In this document: in pieces, positions 12,350 to 24,820 of the stretch
Numbering within the stretch: position 1 is the first letter of the stretch
Layout of the letters: the number at the start of each line of letters is the position of its first letter
From: Lama guanicoe
Taxonomy: Eukaryota
Reading direction: 5' to 3'
Length of the DNA: 64,000 nt
Assembly: GCA_013239625.1 (NCBI GenBank)
Contig: MU053934.1
Location: 11,075,003 to 11,139,002, forward strand
Made by a program: the position numbers and the translations under genes
The notes under the pieces: generated by a model
Told to the model about the DNA's origin: nothing
Database searches by the model: none
The model's input: the letters and a program-made list of their open reading frames with translations, nothing else

Positions 12350-12710
12350 AGGATGCCTTGCCAGCACTGCCTCAGATAAATAGAGTAGTTCAGACCCTGG
12401 GGTGGGCGGCCCAGGGCTGGTGCAGTGGCTCAAAATTGGCAGCAGGACCCCAAGCTCTTTTCCTCTTTGGGTTCCACCGCCTACAGCAAGTGTCCGCAAG
12501 ACGGCTGTCCGCCTCCAGGCACGACATCCCTCAGAAAGGAGGAGGGCGGGCCGCGGCTTTCTCCTCGGGCTGCTCTGTCTCTATTCCAGAAGGCGGGCGC
12601 CCCCGACACGCTTCCTCCTCCATCTCAGCCAGAACAAGGCTGCGCTCACTGCAAAGACCAGTCTCCGGCCAGGAGCGGTGAAGCGAGCGTGATGGCTTAG
12701 ATCGGCCGTG
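12350..12710 (-). mobile_element. Old MaLR LTR (MLT1-like), highly diverged
   Basis: ccagggctggtgcagtggctca...caggaccccaagctcttttcctc...caagacggctg...ctccaggcacgacatcc resembles reverse MLT1J/K/L. Confidence 0.55.
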
Positions 12711-12946
12711 CCTCCCTCCCCGAGGTGGGGGTGGACTCTGTCCTGTCAGACCCCGCGTCCCTGGGAACTCTCTGGAGACAAGGATCTCTGTGCAGCCATC
12801 AAGGAGGCCATGGAGGGTGTCAGCCTGACCCTCTGGAATTTAATCTCCCTGGAAGTCTCTGCTGGGAGCGTTTCTTTTTGAGAGAGAGCGGAAGTTTGAG
12901 CAAGAGTAACAACAAACTAGTATTGGAATCTCAGGCACCATCTGCC

Positions 12947-13495
12947 GTAGGTCACGTGCGCAGTAGGTCATGTCCGCAGTAGGTCATGTCCACAGTAGGT
13001 CATGTGCTCAGTAGGTCATGTGCGCAGTAGGTCAGGTCCACAGTAGGTCATGTGTGCAGTAGGTCAGGTCCACAGTAGGCCATGTCCGCAGTAGGTCATG
13101 TGCTCAGTAGGCCATGTGCGCAGTAGGTCAGGTCCGCAGTAGGTCATGTCCGCAGTAGGTCATGTGCTCAGTAGGTCATGTGCGCAGTAGGTCAGGTCCG
13201 CAGTAGGTCATGTCCGCAGTAGGCCATGTGCTCAGTAGGCCATGTGCGCAGTAGGTCAGGTCCGCAGTAGGTCATGTCCGCAGTAGGCCATGTGCTCAGT
13301 AGGTCATGTGCGCAGTAGGTCAGGTCCACGGTAGGCCATGTGCGCAGTAGGCCATGTGCGCGGTAGGCCATGTGCGCAGTAGGTCAGGTCCGCAGTAGGT
13401 CAGGTCCGCAGTAGGTCAGGTCCGCAGTAGGTCATGTGCACAGTAGGTCATGTCCGCAGTAGGTCAGGTCCGTAGTAGGTCAGGTCCGTAGTAGG
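12947..13495 (+). repeat. 16-bp minisatellite, 34 full units (gtaggtcatgtccgca and variants)
   Basis: Units counted directly; the 16-bp register is kept from 12947 to 13490, followed by a partial gtagg. Confidence 0.98.
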
Positions 13496-13589
13496 CAGAC
13501 AGAGAAAGGTCATCAAAAAGGACTTCAACAAACATGCGGGGTGCACGGAGGGAAAGGGCTTTGGTGCACAGGTGGGTGGGCGCAGAGCA

Positions 13590-13810
13590 GGAGGGAAGGA
13601 TGGTGCATGGATGGAGGGTGGATGGCGGCTGGGTGACTGGATGCATTAGCGCATGAGTGGATGAGTGGATGGAGGGGGAGAGAGAGGAGAGGATGGGGGA
13701 GGGAGGGAGAAGGGAAGAGGAGCAGGATGTGTGGGTGGATGGGTGTACTGGTACGAATGAATGAATGGATAGAGGGAGAGATGGATGAGCAGATGGAGGG
13801 ATGGATGGAG
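13590..13810. repeat. (GGAT)/GA-rich low-complexity tract
   Basis: Repeated tggatgg/ggag motifs. Confidence 0.85.
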
Positions 13811-15879
13811 GCTAGCTGATTCAGAAGGCTTCTTTTGGAAAATGCCTTTCTGTTTTCCTCAATTCTTAGGACTTGGCTTTGGCTGGAAAGCACCGGAGCA
13901 GGGTGCTGAGTGCTCGCTGGCTTTCAGACTCTTCTGAGCAGGTTTCTGAGCTGTGAGCGTGCTCCCAGTGGGGGACCAAGGCTGGTGAGCCATTGTCAGG
14001 CTAAGGCAGGTGGGTGGACAGCAGCGCTCTCTGGAATGGCCTTTTTCTCCCACCAGCACTTGCCTCCGATGCCAATAATGAGGCTCCTCCATCAGGGACG
14101 GGATGTCGCTGGGCCCACATGCCGCCCTGTGCGGGCAGCCAGCAGATGGCTCACACAGAGCCCATGGAGGAAGAGATGCGGGGGTGGGGGGCCCGGGGTC
14201 CAGCTCAGCAAGGGCTCCTGGGCTCCCTGTGGTCCCTGAGGAGGGGTCTCCACCCTGGATGAGCATCCTTCGCCCTCATCAAAGGAGCTGGGAGGGGCAT
14301 GCGATCCTGCTCACTGGCAGCTTCAGACGTTGGGAACAGTCCAAAGAAAGGGGTGGGGACACCAAAGGGGTCCTAGCTTCATGCCGTGAGAACGCCTGCC
14401 TCCCCGCTGCCCAGCTGCCCGGGGGGTGGGGGTGACACCCTCTGACCTGGGCCTGTCCCTGCAGGACCCTGGCAGCCCCTCCCCAGGTGTGTGTTGGGGG
14501 GTGGAAGGGGGCTCTCCTGAGGTCACTGGAGGTCCCTGAGGTGGAGGAAGGGGAGATGCTAGCCTCAGCCAGCCTCGCAATGGACCCCCGTCATCCTCAC
14601 AATCCAGGCCTCAACCAGGATCCCAAAGAGATTCAGAGGGAGCGAACCCTGCCCCTTCCAGGGGCAGGTGTGGGGCGGGGCCTCAAAGCCCGGGGGCGGA
14701 GCCCGGGGGCGAGCGGAGCTGGGGCGCCGGTGCCACGCGGGCATCTGGGGGGCCAGCACCTGGGCTCGGAGGACACGGGGATGAGGACAGAACCGGCCGC
14801 AGGGAGCGGGTCTGTTCATGGGCCGCCTGCACGGCTGTGCTTGTTCCTTTCTTGTTCCCCTCAGATCTCAGCAAAGGCTTTTTGGAAATTTCCAGCCTGG
14901 CACGGCTGTGCTGAGCACAGGGGAGGTTTCAGAGGCTGGCATCTCAGTGGCCCCTGAGATGGGAGCACTGAGTGTCACGGCGGGAGGCGGGAGGAGGTGA
15001 ACAGAGGAGAAGCCGCGGGTGGGCGTGGGGGGCAGACTTGGGGGCTCCTCTGGGACCCCGAGGGCTCCTTCAGCTCGGACGTGCAGGGCTCCAGGGCTTT
15101 GCGGATCGTAGGATTGTGTTTAACAAGGAAGGCTGTTTCCCACCGGCTGGGAGGGGTGCCCGGTGTTGGGGTGTCCTGGACGGGCAGGGTGCAGGCCAGG
15201 CCCCGCCTGCAGCACCCTGAGCAGATTCCAGCCTCTCTGAGCCACAGCCCCACCTGTGACATGGGGGTGCAGAAGCCCCCTGTGCAGAGCTGGAGGGGAC
15301 CAGACACCACACGCAAGCCCAGCGCACAGCGGGCATTCACCGAAGGGCCTCCAGGAAGTCACCCCGATGGGGACTAAGGAACCAGGGGTTCAGAGAGGAT
15401 GCATTTTGCCCTGGCTCACACGTGCACACACACGCTCACACAGGCACACACACGCTCGCACGTGCACACACGGCTGGTTAGTGACAGAGCTGAAATTCAC
15501 ACTGCACACCACCGTGTCTACCCTCCTCACAGACAACTGCCTGTAAGACTCAGGATGGAAATTTCAGAATATCAACAACAGGAGAGGAGAAGGGCCCACG
15601 AATGAAGGTCTAAGGGCAGGGGAGGGAGCAGGGGGAAGATTCTCGAAACACCTACAGGTCTGAGAAGGAGAGTCTGCCTCTCTGCAGGTGGTCAGGGAGC
15701 TGACCAGGGCCCTCCCACCCCTGCCCACCCCGCGCGGGACTCCTGCTGCCCAGGGAGCACAAGACAGATGTGGAGTGGAAACTGGAGGCCTCGTTCGCAG
15801 CATTCAATGTAAGAGGTTTCGCCTTTCCTCACACTAGAGAGACCGAAACCTTCAAGGGCAGGAGGAAACAGAAGGAAGC

Positions 15880-16620
15880 AATTCGCAGCACATCATATGA
15901 TAAAGAAACGTGGGTGGCCCTCATCCTCTCTTCCTGAGAGGGAACCTCTGAGTCTTCGGAATTTCCAGAAGGCTGGGTGCCTGTGTCAGCACAGTGGCCC
16001 TGGACCACATCCGAGCTTATTCTAATGAGTCGATGCCACTGGGCCCTTGATGGTCTATGCAATGGCGGTGACTCAGGACGGGGCTGGCCACGCCAGAAAC
16101 ACCAGTCATGAGACTAGAGGGCTGGGGCTCTGAGCCTCAGGGTATCAGCCCAGCCTCCCCATCCCAGGGCAGGAGCGCGGGCTGGAGACTGAGTTTAACC
16201 TCCTGGCCATGATTCAGTCAGCCTCACGGACGGAAGGAAACCTGGATCAGAACTCTGGACCCTGAAGCTCCGATGAGCTTACCGGGTTGGCGGGGTCTGT
16301 GTGCTGTCACACAAGGACGTACCTGGAGGGAAAGGTGACTCTGGGGACGATGGAAGCTTCCCATGTGGGGCCCTCGGCTGTGGTCCTCACCTGTGTCCTT
16401 TGCTGCGATAAAACTAGCACCACGGGTACAGTGCTTTCCTGTGTTGGTCCAGTGACGTCCCCAACCCAAGGAAGGCTGTGAAGACCCTGATCTGCACCCA
16501 GCCGGTCCGAAGTGAGGCCGGGGTAGCCAGCCTGGCCGCCGCCGTCCGCAGTGAGGCCCGGCTTGGGGCGGACGACGCCTGCACGTGTGGGGCTGGCGTC
16601 AGAAGTCACCGCACACGCAG
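15880..16620 (+). mobile_element. MER21-family ERVL LTR
   Basis: ggggctggccacgccagaaacaccag...gggctggagactgagtttaacc...ggccatgattcagtcagcc resembles MER21; similar element at ~52.9-53.6 kb. Confidence 0.7.
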
Positions 16621-17889
16621 ATGACGCGGGACAACACGGAGGTGGTAAAACTCACTGCCAACCCAGGTCTGTTGGTCAAAAGCCAATAAAGCACGGGCTT
16701 GGCCGTGCTGGTTCCAAACACCCCGTATTTAAGTTTAAGTAGAATTACATGGAACGAGGTGTCGATGCAGACTGTTAAGCTCTTAATTCTGCGACGTGGG
16801 CGAGTGGTCATCCCGCACAGGCTGGCCGAGATGACAACGTGGAAGTGAGCCTCTGCGACTCCCGGGAAGGCCTGAAGGAAGTGGAAGAAATGCAGAGTGC
16901 CTCGTAAAGACCTGCTCAGGCTCCCCCTTTCCACCTTGAGGATGCACAGCAGAGAAACCTGATGAGACTTAAAACAACTGGAATTATTAAACAAAATCAT
17001 ACCAGGAAGAGAGAGGCGCTGTATTATTCCCCATAATTTGTGGGCGTGGCAAAATGATCTTAGTCTGTCCCACAAAAATCCCAGCGAATTTTCAAACGCA
17101 GACACCGCACAGAGCACATTCACTCGTTAAATGAGGATTTAGCGGAGAAGCAGACACAGAGAGATGCACACAGTGCGAACGGCAAAGACCTGGTTACAGG
17201 GCCCAGACAGCACCCCGAGACGAAGTCCCTCGTCTCTTCGTACAGAAGGCCCAGGAGCAGGGGTGTCGGGGGGGGACTCGCTATTCTTGGCATCAGGGCT
17301 CAAAGGGGAGCTCACCCGAGGAGGGGTGACCGTCCCGCCCCCACCCTCAGGGCTCTGGCCCCCCGTCGCCTCCTGCTTCACTCTCCGAGTGCCCCAGGCG
17401 CCCCTTCCACCCCTGTGCACAGCCAGGTCCCTCTGCCGGGCGCCCCCTGGATTCCGTGTGGATCCCAGAGGCACCCGAGGTGCCGTCTCCCGGGGCTCCG
17501 TCTCTCCCCCTCAGAGCGGGGCGGGGCCCCCCGAGGATGCTCACGCGGCCTCGGTCTTGCACCCTTCCTTTTCTTAGGCTGCACCGTCACATCCCGGACA
17601 CGACCCTGTCCTTCCCACGAGACTGAGAAATCCTTGGGGCAAAGTTTTGCCTTATTCTTACCTGTGAACCCCCGGAATGGAGCCCCTTGCAGGTGGGAGG
17701 CCTCCACGGAACACGCTTGCATCAGTTAGCATCCCAAAGCACGCATCACCAGAAGCTTGAAAAGGCAAAGAGTCAACGCAGCAGTTGAGGACCAGTTTCT
17801 TAGGACACTGAAAACAGCAGATGTCTGGGGCGCAGACTGCAGCTGCACCGCTCCCCAGCGGGGTGGCTGTGAGCACGGAGCTTGACTGC

Positions 17890-17985
17890 TCTTGGCCTCA
17901 GTTTTCTCATCAGCATAGTGGGCACAGGGATGGGCTCTATGCTTCAGGATGACTGCGAGGATGGACTGAGCTGACACGCATGATG
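17890..17985 (+). mobile_element. MIR fragment
   Basis: gcctcagttttctcatc core followed by a degenerate gaggat..tgag. Confidence 0.5.
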
Positions 17986-20900
17986 TTTGGAGCCACTGGG
18001 TACACCCCACGTGCTGTAGCGTGCTGGCTATTATTTGGAGGGTGGACATGTCATAACATCATCCCTAGGTTGGCTGAGACCCCATCTGAGACCCCAGGCC
18101 CCTCAGGACCCTCTGGGCTCACCCGGCCATGGGCACTCAGGCCCAGCCCCGAGGCTCCTTGCCTTCACCCAGCGCCGCCTCGCGGATCACGCAGCCTTCG
18201 GGAACCACGGCCCCGGCACCTCCACCCGCACTGCTCACAGCCCTCTCACCCTGCGGGGCGCACGGTGGGCTCGGTCTGCAGGGTCTGCTCTGCCCCTCCA
18301 CCGTGCACGCACGCCCAGCTCCGCCCAGCTCCGCAGAGCAGCCAGCTCCTCCTGCAGCTCTTGTGGTGTCGGGCTCGGGGTAAACGTGCAAGTTGGGCCC
18401 TGTGTGCCCTTCCTGGCCCGGTCACCGGTCCAGCGCCCCCCAGCCCCTTCCCGCTGACCCCAGGGATGTCAGGCCGGCCACCCCAGGAGCAGCGGCGGTG
18501 GCTTCCCTTCTGTCGGCGTCCCCTGGGCTGCCCCCTCGTGCCCCTCTAACCCCCACGCCTCCTGAAATCCCTTGTTTCGGTTTCTCTGGAGGCTGTGGAC
18601 ATCTGTTGATTCTTTTCCCAATCCACGTTCACCCTCTCCCTCCTGCTCCGCGCATCCAGGTCCTCCCGGGGACCCCCACCCCAGTGTGAAGGCACCATCC
18701 TTGCAGAGGGGCCGCCCAGACCACACCCCAGGTGGAGGGAATCCCATCCCACTGGCCGTGGACAGAGGGTCCAGGATGGGCGTCCTTCCGCAGGGACTGG
18801 CGGGGAGGGGACGTTCCGTGGGAAGTCACCGGCAAGCCCCACCCTGTCCAGCCTCCTGCCCGAGCGGAGCAGCCCGAGGTGGACGCTGCCCCCGGGGCAG
18901 GGCTGGGCACTCCAGGCGGGGCTCCTCCCCCAGCAGAGCCCAGCGGAGGCCTCTTTCTGCTCCCAACTGTGACAAGTCCCCTCACCAGGTCGGATAAAGG
19001 CCCGGGGAGCAAGATACTCAAAAAACAATGAGAAACATACTGGTTAGAAGGAGGCAGTTCTGAAGTGGAGGAAAACACGTCTTCACTGAGAGGGATACAA
19101 GGTGAGCTGAGGAAAGGAGCTGTGGCTGACAGGAGGCCTGTGGGCGTGACTTGCTCCACGCTCATCGGCATGTTTGATGCAGTTCCAATCACAGGTTCCG
19201 TAGAGATTGCTCGGACGTGCCATAAAGTTATTCCCAAATGTATGCAGGGGGAGGAAGCATTTAGCATTTTTGAGGATGTGAACAGAGACCAGCGATGGGG
19301 CGCTTGTCCTCCCAGATCGCAAACCGCGCTCTGAACCTGCAGGACAGAAAAGCAGGAATCAGGGCTCAGGAACAGGACACAGCGATGGACCAGAATCAGC
19401 AGGGCTCAAACCTGCCTGCGTGACACTGGATCGAGAAAGGACGCCAGCGCAGCGAGGGGAGGCGGCTCGGTCCTCCAAGGGAGCTGGGAACATCGGCCTT
19501 GCGGCTGAAATACAGCCGGATTCTGCTCTGCAAGTGCAAGGTGCCTGCAAAGGTAAAAGAGAGAAAGGCCTGAAAGACGGTAGGACAGGTGCCCATCTAA
19601 CCACCTGAGACGGGGAGGGGCCAGCCGGGAGAGAATGGGGTGAATCGGAGAAGGGGAGAGGAGGCAGGGGGACAGCCGTCACAGCCCGGCTGCTGGCTGA
19701 CATTCTCGCTTCCCTTCTCCCGCCTTTGTAAGAAACGGCCACTTGCTCACCGCGGCCTGCGTCCCTCCGGCCGGTGGCTGTGTGAACGGCCTGGCGTCCT
19801 CTGGGTGCTGTGTGCGGGGTGCTCCCAACTTGCCGGGAGGTGTGGGGGGCTCTCTTCCAGGTTCTGTGAAATCTGAGGACCCTGACCTTGGGCAGCTTGT
19901 GGACACTGATTCCCGGGACCCCTTTCACTGGAGTCCAGGGATGTTAGATTTCAGAAAAGGGCCATTTGAGTTTTACTTGAGACTTTCAACATGACTGGAG
20001 GAGGAAAAAATTCTTTCAGCCAAAAAAGGGAGAGAAAGCAGGGGGTGGGGGGGAGAAATAAAATGTCAAATCTGCAAATGTGCGGCATTTTAAATGATCC
20101 AAGCACTTGCTCTAATTGGTATTCCAAACTAGGCAAGAGCAGAAAGTCAAAATCTACATTTAAATGAAGATCTTCCCAGCCCCTGACCCAGGGCTGCGGT
20201 CTGCACGGGGCCTCCTGGGACCCCGGGGACGTGGAGTGCAAGGCCCCCGGACGGCCCACAGGGGTGCTTTGAGGGTGGGGGCAGGTAGGAGCGTCAGCGG
20301 GGCTCGCCCACCCCCGTGTGAAGGCACAGGTGTGCGCGGGGCGGGAGGCGTCCGGCCATCACAACCCAGGGGCCTGGAATCTGTCTCAGCTGCACACAGA
20401 GCCGCCCCGGCTACCGTCAGCCAAGCACCGTCCGTCTCGGAAAAGGTTACTTTTCCCAGGGGCTCCGTGGGGGAGGGCCCCAGGGTGTTGACTCTACCCC
20501 TCTGTGCGGCCCTGGAAATAAATGGCCCCTTGGAAACAACCGGCACCCCAGAGCTGTTGTCCGAGCCCCCACAAACCTGGCCAGTGGTCCAGGGCCCGCG
20601 CAGGGATGTCAGTGCAAAGATGAGGTCAGGCAAGACGCTTTCCCTCCATCTCTGCATTGGTAGAATCCTTCCCGTGGCACCATTCAGAGGCCCCCGGCAG
20701 GCTCTCAGTCCCCGGGTGGCGGTGATGCTGGCAGGAGCTGGGAAGGCAGGAGGCTGGGCGGGCTCCAGCTGAGCCGGGGTCTGCAGTTTCCACCGTTCAC
20801 GTCCCCCCAGGAGGACCGACAGGGTAGCAGTAATCAGAGCTGCCCACCCGGAGGCCATGGCGTCTCAACAACAGGGCCATTGGCCTCATTTTACAAATGC

Positions 20901-21124
20901 AAAAACGAAACAGCACTGGCCTTCAGGGGCGGAGCCACCCAAGCGCACGTGTGCCAGGGACATGGCGTTCACAGGGGCCCGCAGATTTGACCCCAAGCCC
21001 CTGGAGTTTCCCCCATACCCCACTCTCTCCAAGCTGCCCCCAGAGGCTTCAGAGGTTCCTGGAACAGGGTGAATCACAAGTAACTAAACCACCATGCTGT
21101 GCCCCAGGCAGGAACAGGACATTA

Positions 21125-21420
21125 ACGGACGCAGACTCACAGACACAGAAAGCAATCTCATGGTGCCGGGGGGAAAGGGGTGGGAAGGGTAAACTGGGAG
21201 CCCGAGATGTGCAGATACGGACTACTCTGTGTAGAACAGGGCGAACGACAAGTTTCTTCCGTACAACACAGGGAACTAGAGTCAGCATCTTGTAGTAACT
21301 TGCAATCCAAAAGAGCATGGAAAGCAGTACACGCATGCACATGCATGACTGGAACACGCTGTGCACCAGAAACTGACACAACACTGTAACCTGACTGCAC
21401 GTCAATAAAAATAATTTTTA
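21125..21420 (+). mobile_element. 5'-truncated L1 3' UTR (cetartiodactyl/camelid type) ending in AATAAA and A-rich tail
   Basis: cagactcacagacacagaaagcaatctcatggt...cacagggaactag...caccagaaactgacacaacactgtaac...tcaataaaaataa. Confidence 0.85.
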
Positions 21421-23014
21421 AGTGCACATCTGTAGTCTTTTGAGCACCCACTGCGGCGGTCCCAGCCACACAGTTTGCAGAGTGACCGTCCCCCCATCCT
21501 GACTCCTGGATGAGAAAGGAAACCCCCTTTTGTGAACAAGGAAACCGATGGTCAGCGAGGTTGGGTATCTTCGCCAAATTTACATGCCGCACGCGATCCA
21601 GGCTCGTCTCCGAAGTGAGGGCCACCTCGGCCATGACGTCAGCTCTCCAGGACCCGGTCGCCCACCCGTGAGTCGTGACTTCAACCAGGTGGATCCCAGT
21701 GGGTCCAGGAGGCGCCTTCTCCCGCTCACCGGGGAGCCTCGGGCCTCCTCCCAAATGGTCCCCCTTGCCTCCCACACCCGTGAACAAAGCGCCCACGTGA
21801 TCTGTTTGCCCAAGATGAAAGAGTCAATAAGTGAGTTTTTGCCAAGCCTGGAATCAGGGCCATTTGTCACATAAATGGGGACTCCTGTGCCTGCAGCAGG
21901 CTGAGTTTGAACTGCTCAGAGAGGAGGGGAAGAAATCCACTTGGTTAAATATACTTCCCAGGCCTCCTGCTTCTCCTGCAGAAGAAACGGAGTAAGAGAC
22001 TGAACTCAGCAGCTCATCAAGGAACCCCCCAAACATGGCTGTTTACTAAGAAGCTCAGGGCTGGGCGTTCAGGCCCAGTGGGAGGTCCTAATGCTGGTTT
22101 TGTGCTTCACAAATGCGCCCCTTAGATGAAAGGAAGGCGGTCCCCTCGTGTCTGGAGGGCTGTGGAGGCATGAGCTGTCCCCCCGCCCGCCTCAGGGCCC
22201 CCAGGCTGTCATCAGGGCCCTGTGCCCCAGAGCACAGGACAGCCTCGCGGTCCACGGGGGATGGCGCCCCGGGCTAGGCACCTGGCGGGTCACAGAGTTA
22301 AGTGCTGTCGGGTGAGAGGAGCGCTCCGGGGCCTGAACCTGTGAAAGAGCGGGTAAGAGCAGGGCTCCTGGGGGTCCTCGGCGTCCTAGCATCCTTAGGA
22401 GGTCACGGACACACCAAGCCAACGGGAGGCTGAGAAGCCATGCCTGCAGGGCCCGCGCTCCCGGGAACCCCCCCAGGGCCTCCCGTCTCTGTGGACCTGA
22501 CTTACTGTGCAGGAAGACCTCCAGGCCGCTTGCATCCCAAGGGTCTCTGGTCAGGAAATGCCCAGCAGAGCGATTCCTGGGAGTAAGAAGGCAAGACTAG
22601 ACTCTGATCAACTCAGGGCAGAAGGACCCGGGGCCCCAGGACGCACCACAGATTCAGGGCCCCCCGCGGACCAGCCGTGGGACCCCGCCGGCCTGCCCGT
22701 CCCTGCTCTGTGGGGCGACAGGGTGACACAGGGCCCGCCCCTGCACAGGGCACGTTCCTCTTGCTGGTGGGGAGTCTCAGGGCTCTGCCGTGTCCTGGAA
22801 ACCGTGAGGGACGTGGCGTCACCCACACGGCTGCCCACGGGAAGGACGGAGCGTCCAGACTCTGCTCGTGCGGCTTTTCAGCTGCCGGGCGTTCACGTCG
22901 GCAGCCTGGGAGCCACACACTCTGGGCCAGGGGTCTGCGAAGCGCGTACTCGGATTGCTGTAAATCTGAAGTCAGTGCTGTTCGCACCGGTTCTGGGATA
23001 CAAAAATCATCTAT

Positions 23015-23183
23015 TTTTCGTTTGTTTTCTTTATTTTTTAAAAATTATTTATTTATTTTGTTGTCTTGGTGGCAGGGAGGTAATTAGGTTTATTCATTTA
23101 TTTTTAATGGAGCTACCGGGGGTGGAACCAGGACCTCGTGCATGCTAAGCACGCACTCTATCGCTCAGCTAGACCCTCCTCCC
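23015..23183 (-). mobile_element. tRNA-derived SINE, camelid type
   Basis: Reverse strand: G-rich head, A-box-like tagctgagcgatagag, B-box-like ggttccaccc, then aaataaatgaataaacctaattacctcc and A-rich tail; aligns to the copy at 42453. Confidence 0.85.
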
Positions 23184-23559
23184 TAAGAGCATCTTTCTGT
23201 CTGAATGCAGGCGGCGTCCCCAAAGAGAAGTTTGAGGGGAGCCATCGCTAATTCAAGGCGGCGTTTCCTAACGAGGCATCTCAAGCCCGCCCCGCAAGGT
23301 TGCAGGCAGCTGGCGGGAGAGTGCGAGGAGGACAGCGTGGGGAAGGGGCGGGCAGCATCAGCTCCCGACTCAGCCCCTCTCCTCCGAAGTGGCTCGGGTC
23401 CTGGGGGACACGGTGGAGTTGGTGGTCGGGCAGGAGCCTCGGGCAGGGAGGGGACCTGGCCCCCCTCGGGGGCCACAGACTTGGGCCTCCAGGAGGCAGT
23501 ACTGCAGCCGCCTTCCATCCGACCTGGGATGTGTCTCCTGCATGTGACTTCCAGCAGGG

Positions 23560-23890
23560 ACTGCGCCCCACGGCTTCTGCTCACCGGCCGAATCTGCTGT
23601 CTTGTTCTGCCCCATCTCTGGACCGGCCACCATGCAAGGAAAGGCCCAGGCCACAGGGAAAGGCCACAGGAAAGAGCTCTGGTCACCAGTCCCAGCTGAA
23701 CCCAGGCTTCCAGATGCCCCCACTTTTCCCACCTTCTCAGCTGGGGACCCCACACCATGAAGCAGAGATTAGCTGTCCCCACCAAGCCCGGGCAAACAGC
23801 TGACTGGCAAAGGTCACAAGGGTAACAAAATGGTCTGTGGTTTACACCACCAAACTCAGGGTGTTTGTTACACAGCAGGAACTAACCCAC
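23560..23890 (+). mobile_element. MaLR LTR (MLT1F/H-like)
   Basis: gtcccagctgaaccc...tgaagcagagattagctgtccccaccaagccc...ggtgtttgttacacagcaggaactaac, typical MLT1 3' end. Confidence 0.7.
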
Positions 23891-24149
23891 GCAGTGTCCA
23901 ACAGATCCCACCGGGTCTCCTGTCCCGCCCTCCCCTCTCCTCTGCCTCATTCCTGGGGCTTCAGTGGGAGGTGGGAGCTTGTCAGGAAAGGTTCAGGTGA
24001 AAATTCCCTGCAGGTACACCTGGTAAACATTTAGCACCCCCCCAAATCTGCCTCCAGTCTCCCCCAGATCCTCATCTGGTCTACCCCCTCTACATCAGCC
24101 ATAAAAATAATGCAAGTGTTATTCTCATCGTTTTTCTACCACTTGACAA

Positions 24150-24340
24150 TTTAAGAAGTACTCTCAGATATACTAACTCATTAAATAAAGCAATCTTTAG
24201 AGATTCTTATTCTGATTTTTATAAAAATGCTCAGGCTCAGAGAGGCAATGCAACTTGTTCAAAGTCACTTAATAGTGAAGGAAAAATCAAAGTGACTAGC
24301 AGGAGCCGGCCTCTAAGCTGAGCTGGTGTCTTTCCAGTAC
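24150..24340 (-). mobile_element. MIR fragment
   Basis: aaatgctcaggctcagagaggcaatgcaacttgttcaaagtcac. Confidence 0.6.
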
Positions 24341-24689
24341 TCACTGCATTTCTTCCAAAAGCCTGAACATAGACCCAGGCCCCTACAGGATCTGCCCTCA
24401 GTAAATCTCCTTCTCTGTTTCTTTTAGAGAATCAAATTCCTTTTGGGAATCAACCAGGCCAAGAACAAAAAGAGAAAATAAGAAGCAGGTTTGGCAGTTT
24501 TACCCATGGGGGAAGCACACTATGGGGTCATCTTGTTTCCTTTTTTGCTTTTGTGGCCAGGAAGCTCAGCACAACACCAAAGGCAGCACAACCTTGATAT
24601 CCATGTGGGACTCCAGGCTCTGCTGGCTGAATATCACTCTCCTTATACTTTAATTTTTTAGTCTCTTTACCTTGTATTTTCCCTGACCC

Positions 24690-24820
24690 AACATTTTATT
24701 TATGTAGCACATAGTTTAGGATTTTTTTCCTTTATCGTCCGTTAATGAATTCTTGGCACCTAGGACTGGGCCAGGCACAAAGTAGGCAGTTACTAAATGA
24801 ATAAATGACTGAATGCTACG
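24690..24820 (+). mobile_element. L2 3' end
   Basis: gcacctaggactgggccaggcacaaagtaggcagttactaaatgaataaatgactgaatg resembles the L2 terminus. Confidence 0.65.

Noticed and set aside
12947..13495. Minisatellite as a CRISPR array
   Set aside because: Head-to-tail 16-bp units with no unique spacers, no cas genes, mammalian context
23101..23183. tRNA gene
   Set aside because: A/B-box-like head is degenerate, followed by a SINE tail, and a second diverged copy exists; it is a SINE
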